From: Vampirovibrionaceae bacterium NZW_1234
Lineage (GTDB): Bacteria > Cyanobacteriota > Vampirovibrionia > Vampirovibrionales > JAGQHJ01
Direction: 5' to 3'
DNA length: 64,000 nt
Assembly (NCBI GenBank): GCA_041697335.1
Contig: JBGUGD010000015.1
Coordinates: 159,884 to 223,883 of the forward strand
Translations under genes and position numbers: made by a program
The notes under the pieces: model-generated
The model's database searches: none
What the model saw: the letters and a program-made list of their open reading frames with translations, nothing else
Told to the model about the DNA's origin: nothing
In this document: one piece after another, positions 18,847 to 28,400 of the stretch
How the letters are laid out: each line of letters begins with the position of its first letter
How positions within the stretch are numbered: position 1 is the first letter of the stretch

Positions 18847-19929
18847 GTGGGTGACGAGGATAAACAGTTTGAGGCCTCGCAACAGAAGCTGAAAAAAGCC
18901 AAGGAAGACGGTCAGGTCATTAAGAGCAAGGATGTCTCCACGGCTGTCTTTTTGATCGTCATGTTCGGCCTTCTTTATGTCCTGGGACCGATGATTTGGA
19001 ACCAGATGGCCAAGCTCTTCATCCTTATTTTTGACCAGATCCCCCATAAAAGCGCCGAAGAAGTGGGCCATATGTACCTGTTGACCCTGGTCGTCCTGAC
19101 CCTGGTCATTACCATCGGCCCGTTTCTGATTATTGCCGCAATGGTCGCCATTGCCGGGGACTTCTTCCAGGTGGGCCCCCTGGTGTCGATGAAAGCCCTG
19201 GAGCCCAAGTTCGACAAATTGAACCCGGTCAAGGGCATCAAGAACCTCTTTACCATGCGATCCCTGATTGAGCTGGTGAAAAACATCCTGAAAATTGCCA
19301 TTCTCGGGTATATCGGCTGGCTGGTATTTCAGGCCCACATGATGGAGCTGTTTGTGATTGGCCAGGCCGAAAACATCATGGCCATGATGAGCCTTCTGTG
19401 CAAGGTCCTCTTCGAGTTTATGATCAAGACCGGCATCGTCTTTTTGATCATCGGCATGGGCGACTATCTGTTTCAGCGCTGGAAGTTTCTTCAGGATCAA
19501 AAGATGTCGTTCAAGGAACTGAAGGACGAGTACAAAAACTCGGAAGGCGACCCCCACGTCAAAGCGGCCCTTCGTCAACGCCGGATGCAAATGCTCCAGC
19601 GAGGCATGCTGGAAGCCGTGCCCAATGCCGATGTCATCATCACCAATCCCATCCATATTGCCATTGCGATCCGTTACATGGATGAAGTGATGGAGGCCCC
19701 GCATGTGGTGGCTAAAGGTACGGAACTTTTTGCCGAAAAAATTAAAGACATCGCCAAAGAACACGGTGTGCCCATTGTGGAAAATGCCGCCGTTGCCCGA
19801 GCGTTGTTTCAGGCCGTGGATATTGACCAGGAAATCCCCCCGGAAATGTACCAGGCCGTTGCCGAAATCCTGATGTTTGCATGGCGAATTAAGGGCCAAC
19901 CGATTCCCGGCAAGCGACAGACAGAGTAG
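18847..19929 (+). CDS. flhB: Flagellar/T3SS export switch protein FlhB
   Basis: N-terminal KKAKEDGQV..SKD, four TM segments, KMS..ELKDEYKNSEGDP, TNPIH autocleavage motif and APHVVAKG. Confidence 0.95.
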   Translation: MGDEDKQFEASQQKLKKAKEDGQVIKSKDVSTAVFLIVMFGLLYVLGPMIWNQMAKLFILIFDQIPHKSAEEVGHMYLLTLVVLTLVITIGPFLIIAAMVAIAGDFFQVGPLVSMKALEPKFDKLNPVKGIKNLFTMRSLIELVKNILKIAILGYIGWLVFQAHMMELFVIGQAENIMAMMSLLCKVLFEFMIKTGIVFLIIGMGDYLFQRWKFLQDQKMSFKELKDEYKNSEGDPHVKAALRQRRMQMLQRGMLEAVPNADVIITNPIHIAIAIRYMDEVMEAPHVVAKGTELFAEKIKDIAKEHGVPIVENAAVARALFQAVDIDQEIPPEMYQAVAEILMFAWRIKGQPIPGKRQTE

Positions 19930-19988
19930 GTAGTGTATAATAGTGGTCTCAAGGTACCTGTCAGGCATTAAATCAGCATATCTGCTGT

Positions 19989-20717
19989 ATGTTGATGGAA
20001 GGAAACAGTTCAACGGTGAAGCCAAATCAGCAAATCAACCATAGACTCGAAGAACGCAACCTCGCCAAGTATTTACCCCTGGTCGAACGTGTTGCCAAGG
20101 TAGAGTACCGCCGTGTGCCCTCGCATATGGTGGACTACGAAGAGCTGGTCAGCATTGGCGCCATTGCTGTTCAAAGTATCCTGCGCGGCAAAACCGCCGA
20201 ACAGATTGAAAATCTCAATATCTCCTATATTGCCACAGCCACTCGCTGGGCCATCCGCAATGAACTTCGCACCCGATACAAATGGTATACCCTGAAACAT
20301 ACCCGGACCGCCGAAGAATCCGAAAGCAACGGGGCTGACGGGGATGGCGAAAACAGCGAAGGCAAAGACAAAGAGTCGCCCGAATCCATTCGGGAAGCCG
20401 TTTACGAGACCATTCTGTCCATTGACGGGATCTCCGACGGCCAGGACGGCGACTCCAGCTACGACTTTATCAGCGACAACGGCGCCCGCCCCGACGAACA
20501 CCTGGAAATCGTGGAACTGGGGAAAGCCATTAAGAAAGCCATTGAAAACCTGCCGCCCAAAGAGCGCACCATTGTGGAATACCGCTTTTACCGCAACATG
20601 CAGGTCAAGGAAATTGCAAGCCTCGTCGGCCTATCCTCCTCCCGGGTCACTCGCATTGTCCAGGCTTCACTGGATATGGTGCGCGAGTACCTGAAAGAAA
20701 TGGAGCAAATGGACTAA
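19989..20717 (+). CDS. fliA: FliA/WhiG-like (sigma-28) RNA polymerase sigma factor
   Basis: YLPLVERVA region 2, LSID region 3, LPPKER...KEIASLVGLSSSRV region 4; follows flhB; region 2.4 is divergent. Confidence 0.75.
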   Translation: MLMEGNSSTVKPNQQINHRLEERNLAKYLPLVERVAKVEYRRVPSHMVDYEELVSIGAIAVQSILRGKTAEQIENLNISYIATATRWAIRNELRTRYKWYTLKHTRTAEESESNGADGDGENSEGKDKESPESIREAVYETILSIDGISDGQDGDSSYDFISDNGARPDEHLEIVELGKAIKKAIENLPPKERTIVEYRFYRNMQVKEIASLVGLSSSRVTRIVQASLDMVREYLKEMEQMD

Positions 20718-20927
20718 TCGCCACCATTGTTGGGCGTCGGAAATTCACGAGGCCCATTTTTTGGGGTGTCTTGCCACTGGCCTAAAAATGCTTTTCTCCG
20801 TACGCGCAAATTGCGCGTACGGAGAAAAGCATTCCCTGACGACACATCCATGGGCCGGCAAGCTGCCTGCCCCATACAGCTGGGGGCATTACGATGGGGA
20901 CATCAAGATAGAGTGCAAAGACCAACG

Positions 20928-21698
20928 CTACTTTTTGGTGTTGGTGGTCTGGCGTTCCAGGGCCTTATACAGATTGGGGAAAGCCGTTTTCAGCTCATCG
21001 GCAGAAAACATGGGATTCACCGATTCTCCGCCCCACTCCGGCAGGCATGGCAGCAAATCCGTCACGGCATGGTCGACGCTTTCGCTGTAGGGATACATAT
21101 CCGAGTAGTCGCCATCTGAAAGTTTGATGACATCCCGACGCCATTCATGTCTCACATTCCCGCGTTCGGCCAGGCGGCTTTCCTCGACATAGGCCCGAGC
21201 CACTTGCGCCCGCAATTTGAGCGCCGCTAAATCGTTGCTAATCTTGAACCAGGAGGGAACAATCGCATTCCAATAATGCGCCAGCGGGGTTTTCTTCTCG
21301 CCAATGTAGATGGTCTTGCCATGGCGCAGTTCATCCACGTTTCTGGCAGGAATCCCCGGTCCGGTGACCACCCCTTTAATGGTGTTCAATTTGGGAAGCG
21401 CTTTGGTGATATCGCTGGCCAAGACAACCTGAATTCCCTTTGCCGCCAGCAGGTTGCGGGCATAGGCCGGGATGCTGTTGTAGGCCTTGGTCATATCGTT
21501 GACAAACTCATCGGAGGGTTTGGCATTGGGCGCTGACGCCAGGCCTTGCGTACCCGAGGATGAAACAGAATCCTTCTCCGGATCGTTGCCAAAGGGTAAC
21601 GGATAACGAACAGCAGCGGCGGCGGCTGCAAAGCGAGGGGAGGCTTGCATCGAACGGCAAGATGCTTGTCTATATTGATTGCAATTCACAGAAACCAC
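20928..21698 (-). CDS. Hypothetical protein, weak resemblance to the anthrax lethal factor/Pro-Pro endopeptidase fold but with an incomplete HExxH
   Basis: SIPAYARNLLAAKGIQVVL, VRHEW and AFPNLY segments; start may be ATG 21650 (MQASPRF). Confidence 0.6.
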   Translation of the reverse strand: MVSVNCNQYRQASCRSMQASPRFAAAAAAVRYPLPFGNDPEKDSVSSSGTQGLASAPNAKPSDEFVNDMTKAYNSIPAYARNLLAAKGIQVVLASDITKALPKLNTIKGVVTGPGIPARNVDELRHGKTIYIGEKKTPLAHYWNAIVPSWFKISNDLAALKLRAQVARAYVEESRLAERGNVRHEWRRDVIKLSDGDYSDMYPYSESVDHAVTDLLPCLPEWGGESVNPMFSADELKTAFPNLYKALERQTTNTKK

Positions 21699-21845
21699 AG
21701 AATTCCACCTTTCCGAAAAACCTAAGAACCTTCACTGTCAAAAGCACCGATGAGGTGCCTCAAACATACTAAGCCCAAGAATATCGCTTATCACCTTTTT
21801 TAAAGACCCTCAATCAAATAAATTGCCTGGTTGTTACAGAGTTGA

Positions 21846-21894
21846 TACAAAACAGGTCCGCCGACCCATTGTGGGTCGGCGGACCTGTTTTGTA
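21846..21894. terminator. Long bidirectional hairpin terminator (23-bp perfect stem)
   Basis: TACAAAACAGGTCCGCCGACCCA-ttg-TGGGTCGGCGGACCTGTTTTGTA downstream of the 21941-23302 gene. Confidence 0.85.
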
Positions 21895-21940
21895 AATATG
21901 ACAACTTGATGTTACATCCTGAAACTCCTTGCTGTTCTTG

Positions 21941-23302
21941 TTAGTTCCCGGCCGGTGCGGGTGCTGCCGGCGGGGCCGGAACTGCAGTCTCATTGGCCGT
22001 ATTGTTTTCAAGGCCTCGAATACCCTCTTTAAGCCAGTTGGATCTGAGCGTATTTCTGGCAATCCGGGCAAACTGGTGGCTGACATTGGCTCGGGCACCG
22101 TGCTCCATATGCTCCAGCCTGAAGTTATGCCACGCCCGCTCGAAGGCTGATCGTTGACGGGCCTGCGCTTGAGCCACCCGTTGCCCCCGAGCCAGCGTTT
22201 CAGGACGGAAGCCATCCGCTGTACCACGGCGCTGAGCAACCTGATAGGATCGGTGAGCGAGATCCGAACTCTCGGAAACCGGGGCTGTCCGAGGACGGAG
22301 CGGTGGTGTGACTCTCAAGTCAGACCGGGTCCGCAAGCCAACGTTGATGACGCTGCCAAACAGAGCCCCGTACATAATCGACTCACCAATGGGCTTACCA
22401 TCCCACCATGCTCGAAACCCGTTATCGAGGCCACCGAAGATAGCCCCCTCGGTACCACGTCGAGCCGCAATGATCCCGAATTTCTGAAGCCCGGTCTGGC
22501 TCGAACGCAGAACAACATCCTTCGTGGCATAAATCTGCATGCGTCCCACCAGGGTGCTGGCTTTTGAGGTCCCCAGTGCCAGGACTTTACCACCGCAGGC
22601 TCGGCCCACGGCAGTTCCAACTCCAGCGGCTAACGGGGAAATGAGTGCCACACCGAACCCGACACAGAAGTCTCGTTTCCAATCCTTGAAGGCCTCGCCC
22701 CAACTAATGGGGTTGCCGTTCTCATCGCCATCAAACTTTTTGGCGGCAGCCTGAATCAGCATCTTGGCGCCACCAGCCACTACGGCAGCAGCCGCTAAGC
22801 CCAGCGGGCCACCGGCAGCAAAAGCAGCAACAGAGATAGCGCCAATGGCGACATCACCCAGGACATCGGTCCAGTTCTGGGCTTTTGTCAGGTACTGTGA
22901 AAATTTATTGTCGGTTGCTCCCAAGGCCGTACCCGCGAGACCACCAATCACGGCACCGATGGGGCCACCGACCATAAAGCCTGCCATTACGCCAAGACCC
23001 AATCCGGCCCCCCCGGTACAAAGGCGGCTAAACCAGGAACGAGGCTTCTGAGGTGCCTGCGGCTGTGCAGGCGCTGGTGCTGGTGCTGGCGTGGGATTGC
23101 GCCGAGGCGGCTCCGGTGCGGCACGCATCACAGGACCTGGTGGCTGTAACGGCCCACGGCCCCATTGGCCTACAGGAATGATATTCAAATTCGGATCGGG
23201 CTGTAATCCCGGAATACCTCCGGGCCCATTTGGCCCTAGCAATAGTGGTGGTTGAACTCTTCTATCGGCGCCTTGAACGACACCTTGAGGCTGACCTGGC
23301 AT
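21941..23302 (-). CDS. Hypothetical protein: Pro/Gln-rich N-terminus and multiple glycine-zipper hydrophobic helices
   Basis: 453-aa ORF, AAGGGGG RBS, GGAGLGLGVMAG..GGPIGAVIGGLAG motifs. Confidence 0.85.
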   Translation of the reverse strand: MPGQPQGVVQGADRRVQPPLLLGPNGPGGIPGLQPDPNLNIIPVGQWGRGPLQPPGPVMRAAPEPPRRNPTPAPAPAPAQPQAPQKPRSWFSRLCTGGAGLGLGVMAGFMVGGPIGAVIGGLAGTALGATDNKFSQYLTKAQNWTDVLGDVAIGAISVAAFAAGGPLGLAAAAVVAGGAKMLIQAAAKKFDGDENGNPISWGEAFKDWKRDFCVGFGVALISPLAAGVGTAVGRACGGKVLALGTSKASTLVGRMQIYATKDVVLRSSQTGLQKFGIIAARRGTEGAIFGGLDNGFRAWWDGKPIGESIMYGALFGSVINVGLRTRSDLRVTPPLRPRTAPVSESSDLAHRSYQVAQRRGTADGFRPETLARGQRVAQAQARQRSAFERAWHNFRLEHMEHGARANVSHQFARIARNTLRSNWLKEGIRGLENNTANETAVPAPPAAPAPAGN

Positions 23303-23766
23303 AATTCCCCCTTAATACTCTTCTCGGTGATCCTAAAAGGCTAATCGAAAGCCTTGTCGGCCTCTCCTTTGCCGACATCCGTTGCTCTGAAACGTCCAAT
23401 TTCAGCATCAGTGCTTGGGTGGATTCCAATCGCACCAATGACAATATGGCCTTATGCTCAGGTTAGAATGTGTTTAAAATTTTCATTCAGCGTATCCCCC
23501 TCATACATACCCTAGTCAATCTTCTCAAAAACCGGAGCAGCTGCTCCTACGTTTATATAAAAACGTCCCGATTCCATTTTGGACCAGGTTGTTACAATTT
23601 ATAACACACAAACCCCGTCACAGAGCCACTATTAAAACATTTAAAAATAAAAACAGCCATCCTGAAAGCGTTTTCAGACTGCCTCTTATCCCTTGGCCTG
23701 GGGAGACATTTAGGCGAGATGAACGCCTCGTATGGCTTCAGGCAACCATTTTAGACAGGGAAACGA

Positions 23767-24348
23767 TTACTTCCCCCGCCGGTCCAGCTCGGCGATATCC
23801 AGAAAAGACGTTGAATTCAGCCGAGCCAGATCATCAAAGGTGGGCTTGGAGACGCGAAACGTATTGCCCTCGCTGTCTTTGGGCTGGACTGAAATGAGGC
23901 CCTCTCTGAGGAGATGAGTCGTTCCAGCACGCCAGGAATTAATGGCATCCAAGAGTCGGTGCAAGCCCCACAAATCAGATTCTTGCGGGTTTTGCTGCCC
24001 TTCGGCAAAGGCTTTGGCCAGCCGAAGAATTTCAGCCCGATACTTATCGTCCTGCTTTTTGGCATGCCCGGTTAAAACGTAGTGCTTCGGCTTCTGAAGG
24101 ACGTATATCGGTCCTGGCTGGTGCATTTGTTTAAAGTTTCGAGTGAAGAAATCCTCACTTGGAACATTTGGACGCGACAACGATATGGTTTTAGCTTCAA
24201 CACCCGCTTCATTGAGCTGACGAGCCAATTCTCTGGCCGCCTTAGCTTCTAACTTATCCTTCTTCTGGGGATCTGACACATCCAGAACACCATTGATGGG
24301 ATAGCTGTTGATCACATAGGCCTGGCCAAAGCGAACGGGCATGGTCAT
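23767..24348 (-). CDS. Hypothetical protein with N-terminal VRFG motif (paralog of 60715-61155)
   Basis: AAGGAG RBS; MTMPVRFG...KAARELARQLNEAGVEAK...HYVLT. Confidence 0.8.
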   Translation of the reverse strand: MTMPVRFGQAYVINSYPINGVLDVSDPQKKDKLEAKAARELARQLNEAGVEAKTISLSRPNVPSEDFFTRNFKQMHQPGPIYVLQKPKHYVLTGHAKKQDDKYRAEILRLAKAFAEGQQNPQESDLWGLHRLLDAINSWRAGTTHLLREGLISVQPKDSEGNTFRVSKPTFDDLARLNSTSFLDIAELDRRGK

Positions 24349-24719
24349 TGTCAGAGTCTCCTTATTTGATAACAGTGGATTTTAGAGGGGTTTGATTTTT
24401 TGCAACTCATATTGCAAAACCGTATTCCTGTTCTACTACAACCAGGTTAAATTACCAGTCGTCATTTGAAATGACCTGCCGATGCCACGGCACACTGTCT
24501 TGCCATGACGGTTTGACTGGCGTCATCGGCAGGCAGCTCTGGTTTAAAGAGGATGCCGGAAATCACCACCGGCGTGACCCACGGCAGCCTCATGACCGAG
24601 AATTGTAAATTTTTCGTAACAGAGTAGCGAAACCGATCTTATCGATTGTTTTTATATCTGTACAACATCTCTCTTGTTTCTCGGATTATAGTAGGCTGCA
24701 ATGTGTGAGGTATGGTTGT

Positions 24720-25331
24720 ATGGACTTAGGAAAATTGATGTCTCCCAAGGAGACACAGAGATTATTGGGTCAAATGATTAGTGGCGACAGTGCCGGTGTG
24801 GTTAAAGACTTAACCAGTGGCAGTGCACCGGGAGGTTTAACCTCGGCTCCCCCCGCCAGAACAGACTCGCTCAATACCAGTTCGTTTGCCGATTTGGGTA
24901 AAGCTCTTGATTTGATTCAGCGCAGCGGCTCCGGGCCCTCTTTGGGCACCTTGGTCACGGCTATGGAAAACAAGCGGATTCAGGAATTTATCGAAAATAC
25001 CCTGGATGCACTCCTCGATAGCAACAATCTGGATGACACCGGAAAAGCCTTGCTGTTGGCCTTAAAAGTCCTCATTCAGGACAACCCCCGCATGGGCCGA
25101 GGGCTGATGAACAGCTTTCAAGGGTTGGGTAGTCTTGGCAACGGTGTTCAAGATTCGTTCCGCAGTGCCTTCCGTAGCCTTTTTGGGGGCTTATCCGGCG
25201 GCATTAACCTAAACGCCAATAATTCATCCGAACTGTTACAGGCCGCCGCGGAAGAGCTGCTGCGCTACCTGGATAACAGCAATGGCATCTCTCCCTTCAA
25301 CCGAGGCCTGACCAATATCCTGGGCCTCTAA
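24720..25331 (+). CDS. Hypothetical Gly/Ser/Leu-rich helical protein
   Basis: GAGGT RBS; ORF followed by a terminator. Confidence 0.8.
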   Translation: MDLGKLMSPKETQRLLGQMISGDSAGVVKDLTSGSAPGGLTSAPPARTDSLNTSSFADLGKALDLIQRSGSGPSLGTLVTAMENKRIQEFIENTLDALLDSNNLDDTGKALLLALKVLIQDNPRMGRGLMNSFQGLGSLGNGVQDSFRSAFRSLFGGLSGGINLNANNSSELLQAAAEELLRYLDNSNGISPFNRGLTNILGL

Positions 25332-25404
25332 GCAAGAGAGCTCTTGCACAACATCAATCCACAAGTTTCCCCTTCGGGATTAAAAGCGCTCACGAACAAA
25401 ACCT

Positions 25405-25438
25405 AAACCAGAGAGACCCTCGGGCCTCTCTGGTTTTT
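25405..25438 (+). terminator. Rho-independent terminator
   Basis: AAACCAGAGAG...CTCTCTGGTTTTT. Confidence 0.8.
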
Positions 25439-25661
25439 GGGGTTCGTCCATCCCGGACTCGCCTCTTGCCACCATGGCCCGGTGTGGTCTAAAATGCCAG
25501 TTCACTGCCTTTGATTCCCCTCGACCCCAAGCAAATAACGGCCTAAAAGCGCTGTCCGACTTCAGCTTGACGTCGGGACCGGGTTTGAACTACAGTGTAT
25601 CAACGAGTGTATTTTGAGTTGCAACGGCTTTGCAACACGTAAAAAGAAGGAATGAGACCCC

Positions 25662-26102
25662 ATGACCACTGATTTGGTGAAAGAGGTTGAGCAACGTTAC
25701 CTCAAACAAGACCTCCCCGACGTGGCCCCCGGCGATACCGTCAAGGTAAAAATCAAGATTAAAGAAGGCAACAAAGAGCGTACCCAGGCCTACGAAGGCG
25801 TTGTCATTAAAAAGCGGGGCTCTGGCATTAACAAAACCATTACCGTTCGTCGTGTATTCCAAGGTGTTGGTGTTGAGCGGGTCTTTCTGCTCCACTCGCC
25901 CAAAGTGGAATCCATTCAAATTATTCGCAAGGGCGACGTTCGTCGGGCCAAGCTGTACTATCTGCGCAAGCTGACGGGTAAAGCGGCTCGGATTCGCGAA
26001 AAAGTGGGCGTCATCAGTGGCGAAGCCAAAAAAGGCAAAGCCCAGCCCCAAGCTCAGGCTCCTGTGGAAAAAGCGGAAGAGCCCCCAGCCGCTGAGGCCT
26101 AA
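25662..26102 (+). CDS. rplS: 50S ribosomal protein L19
   Basis: [26 protein letters not shown] and [10 protein letters not shown]. Confidence 0.99.
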   Translation: MTTDLVKEVEQRYLKQDLPDVAPGDTVKVKIKIKEGNKERTQAYEGVVIKKRGSGINKTITVRRVFQGVGVERVFLLHSPKVESIQIIRKGDVRRAKLYYLRKLTGKAARIREKVGVISGEAKKGKAQPQAQAPVEKAEEPPAAEA

Positions 26103-26977
26103 TGGACGACACCATTATTCAATGGTACCCCGGCCATATTGCCAAGCTGGAGCGTGAACTCCAACCTCTGTTAAAACAACTCGACGTTGTCATCGAGGTT
26201 TTGGATGCCCGCATTCCCCAAGCCAGTTGGAATCAACAATTATCCCAAAAGATCCGGCACCAAAAGCCGGTTCTTTTGGTTTTAAACAAGGCTGACCTCG
26301 CGGATCCCCATTGGACCTCCCAGTGGGAAGCCCATTACCGAGAGATTTACCCATCAGTCCTGTCCTTCAGTTGCAGCACAGGCAAAGGCAAGCAGTCCAT
26401 CATCCAAGCCTTGCAACACTTGGGAGAGCCGGAGCAAGTCAAGCGGGTGGCCAAAGGCTTAAAACGTCGCCCGGTTCGCACCGGTATCGTCGGCATGCCC
26501 AATGTGGGAAAATCCAGCATCCTGAACACCCTGGTGGGGGTCAAAAAAGCCCATACCGGCCACCGGGCCGGGGTCACCCGAACCACCCAGTGGGTCCGGG
26601 TGCATCCGCAGGTGGAGCTTCTGGATACCCCCGGATTGATTCCGCCCAAACTGGAGTCCGCCGAAATGGGCAAACTCCTGGCCAGTGTGTACTCCGTGGG
26701 AGACGCCGCCTTTGAGGAAGAAATGATTTTGCCGGATTTTATGGAACGCATCAACACGCTTTACCCCGGCATGTTGACCCGGGCACTGGACTTGCCTGCG
26801 GATACCGAAGCGACGCCAGAGGCCGTGGCCCGGCGCCGAGGCTATCTTCTGCCCGGAGATGAACTGGACTATCGCCGCACGGCCCAGGCCGTCTTTAAGG
26901 ATTTTCGTCATGGTCGATTGGGAAGAATCACCCTTGAACACCCCCACCAAGGCCCCTCGAAAGAAGCGTCTCTCTAA
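26102..26977 (+). CDS. rbgA: Ribosome biogenesis GTPase RbgA/YlqF
   Basis: IQWYPGH, DARIP, NKADL, GMPNVGKSS and DTPG (circularly permuted GTPase). Confidence 0.97.
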   Translation: MDDTIIQWYPGHIAKLERELQPLLKQLDVVIEVLDARIPQASWNQQLSQKIRHQKPVLLVLNKADLADPHWTSQWEAHYREIYPSVLSFSCSTGKGKQSIIQALQHLGEPEQVKRVAKGLKRRPVRTGIVGMPNVGKSSILNTLVGVKKAHTGHRAGVTRTTQWVRVHPQVELLDTPGLIPPKLESAEMGKLLASVYSVGDAAFEEEMILPDFMERINTLYPGMLTRALDLPADTEATPEAVARRRGYLLPGDELDYRRTAQAVFKDFRHGRLGRITLEHPHQGPSKEASL

Positions 26978-27668
26978 GCTGTCAGCCTTATTGGCCTTTG
27001 ATCGAAAGCAGCTTGCCTTGGCGTGCCAGGAACACCACTGTGAATTTACCGGGATTCTTGGTATCGATGAAGTGGGGCGGGGCAGCCTGGTGGGCCCTGT
27101 GGTTGCCGCTGCCCTGGTTTTTCCCAGTCGCCTTAGCCCGGCAGATAAACGCCTGCTGGCGGATCTGGATGATTCCAAGGCAGCCCATCTCAATCATGCC
27201 AAGCGCCTGGCCATGGCCAGCCATTTGCAAACCATTGGGCACTGGGGTATTGGCGAAGCCTCGCTGGAAGATATCGAGCGTTACAACATCTTTCATGCGT
27301 CCTTCCTGGCCGGTCGTCGGGCCATTGCCGCCGTGGCCGAAACGCTTGGCACCGAGATGCAAGCAGAGCTGGAACGTTACATTGTGATAGTGGATGGCAA
27401 ACACCGGATTTCAGAGTTAACGCTGATTCAGTACCCTCATGTCAAAGCCGATGGTAAATCGGCTGCCGTGGCCGGAGCCTCCATTATTGCCAAGGCCTAC
27501 CGGGACAACTTGTTGATGCGCTATGCCGAAGAATATCCGGGCTATGGTTGGGAAAAAAATGCCGGCTACGGGACCCCGAGCCATCAAGAGGCCATGCAAA
27601 CCCTGGGCCTGACCCCCTTGCATCGCAAGTCCTTCAAGCTGGTCCAACAGCAGCTCACGTTGTTTTAA
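26910..27668 (+). CDS. rnhB: Ribonuclease HII
   Basis: GIDEVGRG, GPVVAAA, DSK, ASIIAK, GYGT and HRKSF; exact start uncertain. Confidence 0.95.
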   Translation: MVDWEESPLNTPTKAPRKKRLSKLSALLAFDRKQLALACQEHHCEFTGILGIDEVGRGSLVGPVVAAALVFPSRLSPADKRLLADLDDSKAAHLNHAKRLAMASHLQTIGHWGIGEASLEDIERYNIFHASFLAGRRAIAAVAETLGTEMQAELERYIVIVDGKHRISELTLIQYPHVKADGKSAAVAGASIIAKAYRDNLLMRYAEEYPGYGWEKNAGYGTPSHQEAMQTLGLTPLHRKSFKLVQQQLTLF

Positions 27669-28400
27669 TTACCGGTGCAACAGGGCGCCTGCCGCAAGCG
27701 CGTTATTGATAAGATGCCCGATCATCCCGGGCAATAACGCCCGGGTACGGTCACGAAAGACGCCCAGGATGGTTGCCGTGACCAGCACATACACCATCGC
27801 CAGCCAGTTGCCCAGATACAGGGTGTGAAACAGGGTAAAAACCGCAACGGTTACTCCCACGGCGGCCCAACGGGGCATATAGCGATAGAGGGTGGATTGC
27901 AGCAGGCCCCGGAAAATAAGTTCCTCCATGAGGGGTGCCAGCACAATGGCCAGGACCACCAACCATTCCAGCTTCCATGGAGGCACAGCCTGGTAGGGCT
28001 GAGTCACCTCCCAGCGATAGACCTGGGCCAGAAAGCCCAAGATGGTTCCAAATACCAGAATACAGGTTCCGCAGAACACCCCCAGGCCAATCTGGTTTCG
28101 CCAGCTCTCCTGAGAAGATCGCAGCCCAACCCCGGTCCAAAACGCGCTCCCATAGCGGCGAAGAAAAACAAGAAAACCCACGAGCCATGCTCCGTTACTG
28201 GCCAGATACAGGGCCAGCATGACCTGCTCTTTCGGCCAGACAACAAGGGACTTTAGCCCCCAGGTCAGTACGAGGGGAATCAGCACAACGGCAACCAGAA
28301 ACAGATCGAGGACGGTGCGTAAGCCCCAAGGTGGAACATCCGGAGCGGACGGTATGCTAGAATGAGGTGTCAGGTTCAAACGAGAGACTCTCTGGGCCAA
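27669..28400 (-). CDS. CPBP/Abi (CAAX protease-like) intramembrane metalloprotease
   Basis: APLMEELIFRG, FTLFH and H..NN motifs; true start probably downstream of 28400. Confidence 0.9.
   Translation of the reverse strand: MAQRVSRLNLTPHSSIPSAPDVPPWGLRTVLDLFLVAVVLIPLVLTWGLKSLVVWPKEQVMLALYLASNGAWLVGFLVFLRRYGSAFWTGVGLRSSQESWRNQIGLGVFCGTCILVFGTILGFLAQVYRWEVTQPYQAVPPWKLEWLVVLAIVLAPLMEELIFRGLLQSTLYRYMPRWAAVGVTVAVFTLFHTLYLGNWLAMVYVLVTATILGVFRDRTRALLPGMIGHLINNALAAGALLHR

Noticed and set aside
18432..18902. ORFs 18481-18798(+) and 18432-18902(-)
   Set aside because: No family motifs; the repeated DNLS/DKLS peptides simply reflect the palindromes, so these are probably non-coding
13673..20025. Long antisense ORFs (e.g. 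13673-14764, 16445-17389, 18763-20025)
   Set aside because: Shadows of well-supported genes on the opposite strand in GC-rich DNA; the same applies to 44921-46138, 49207-50079 and 34757-35677
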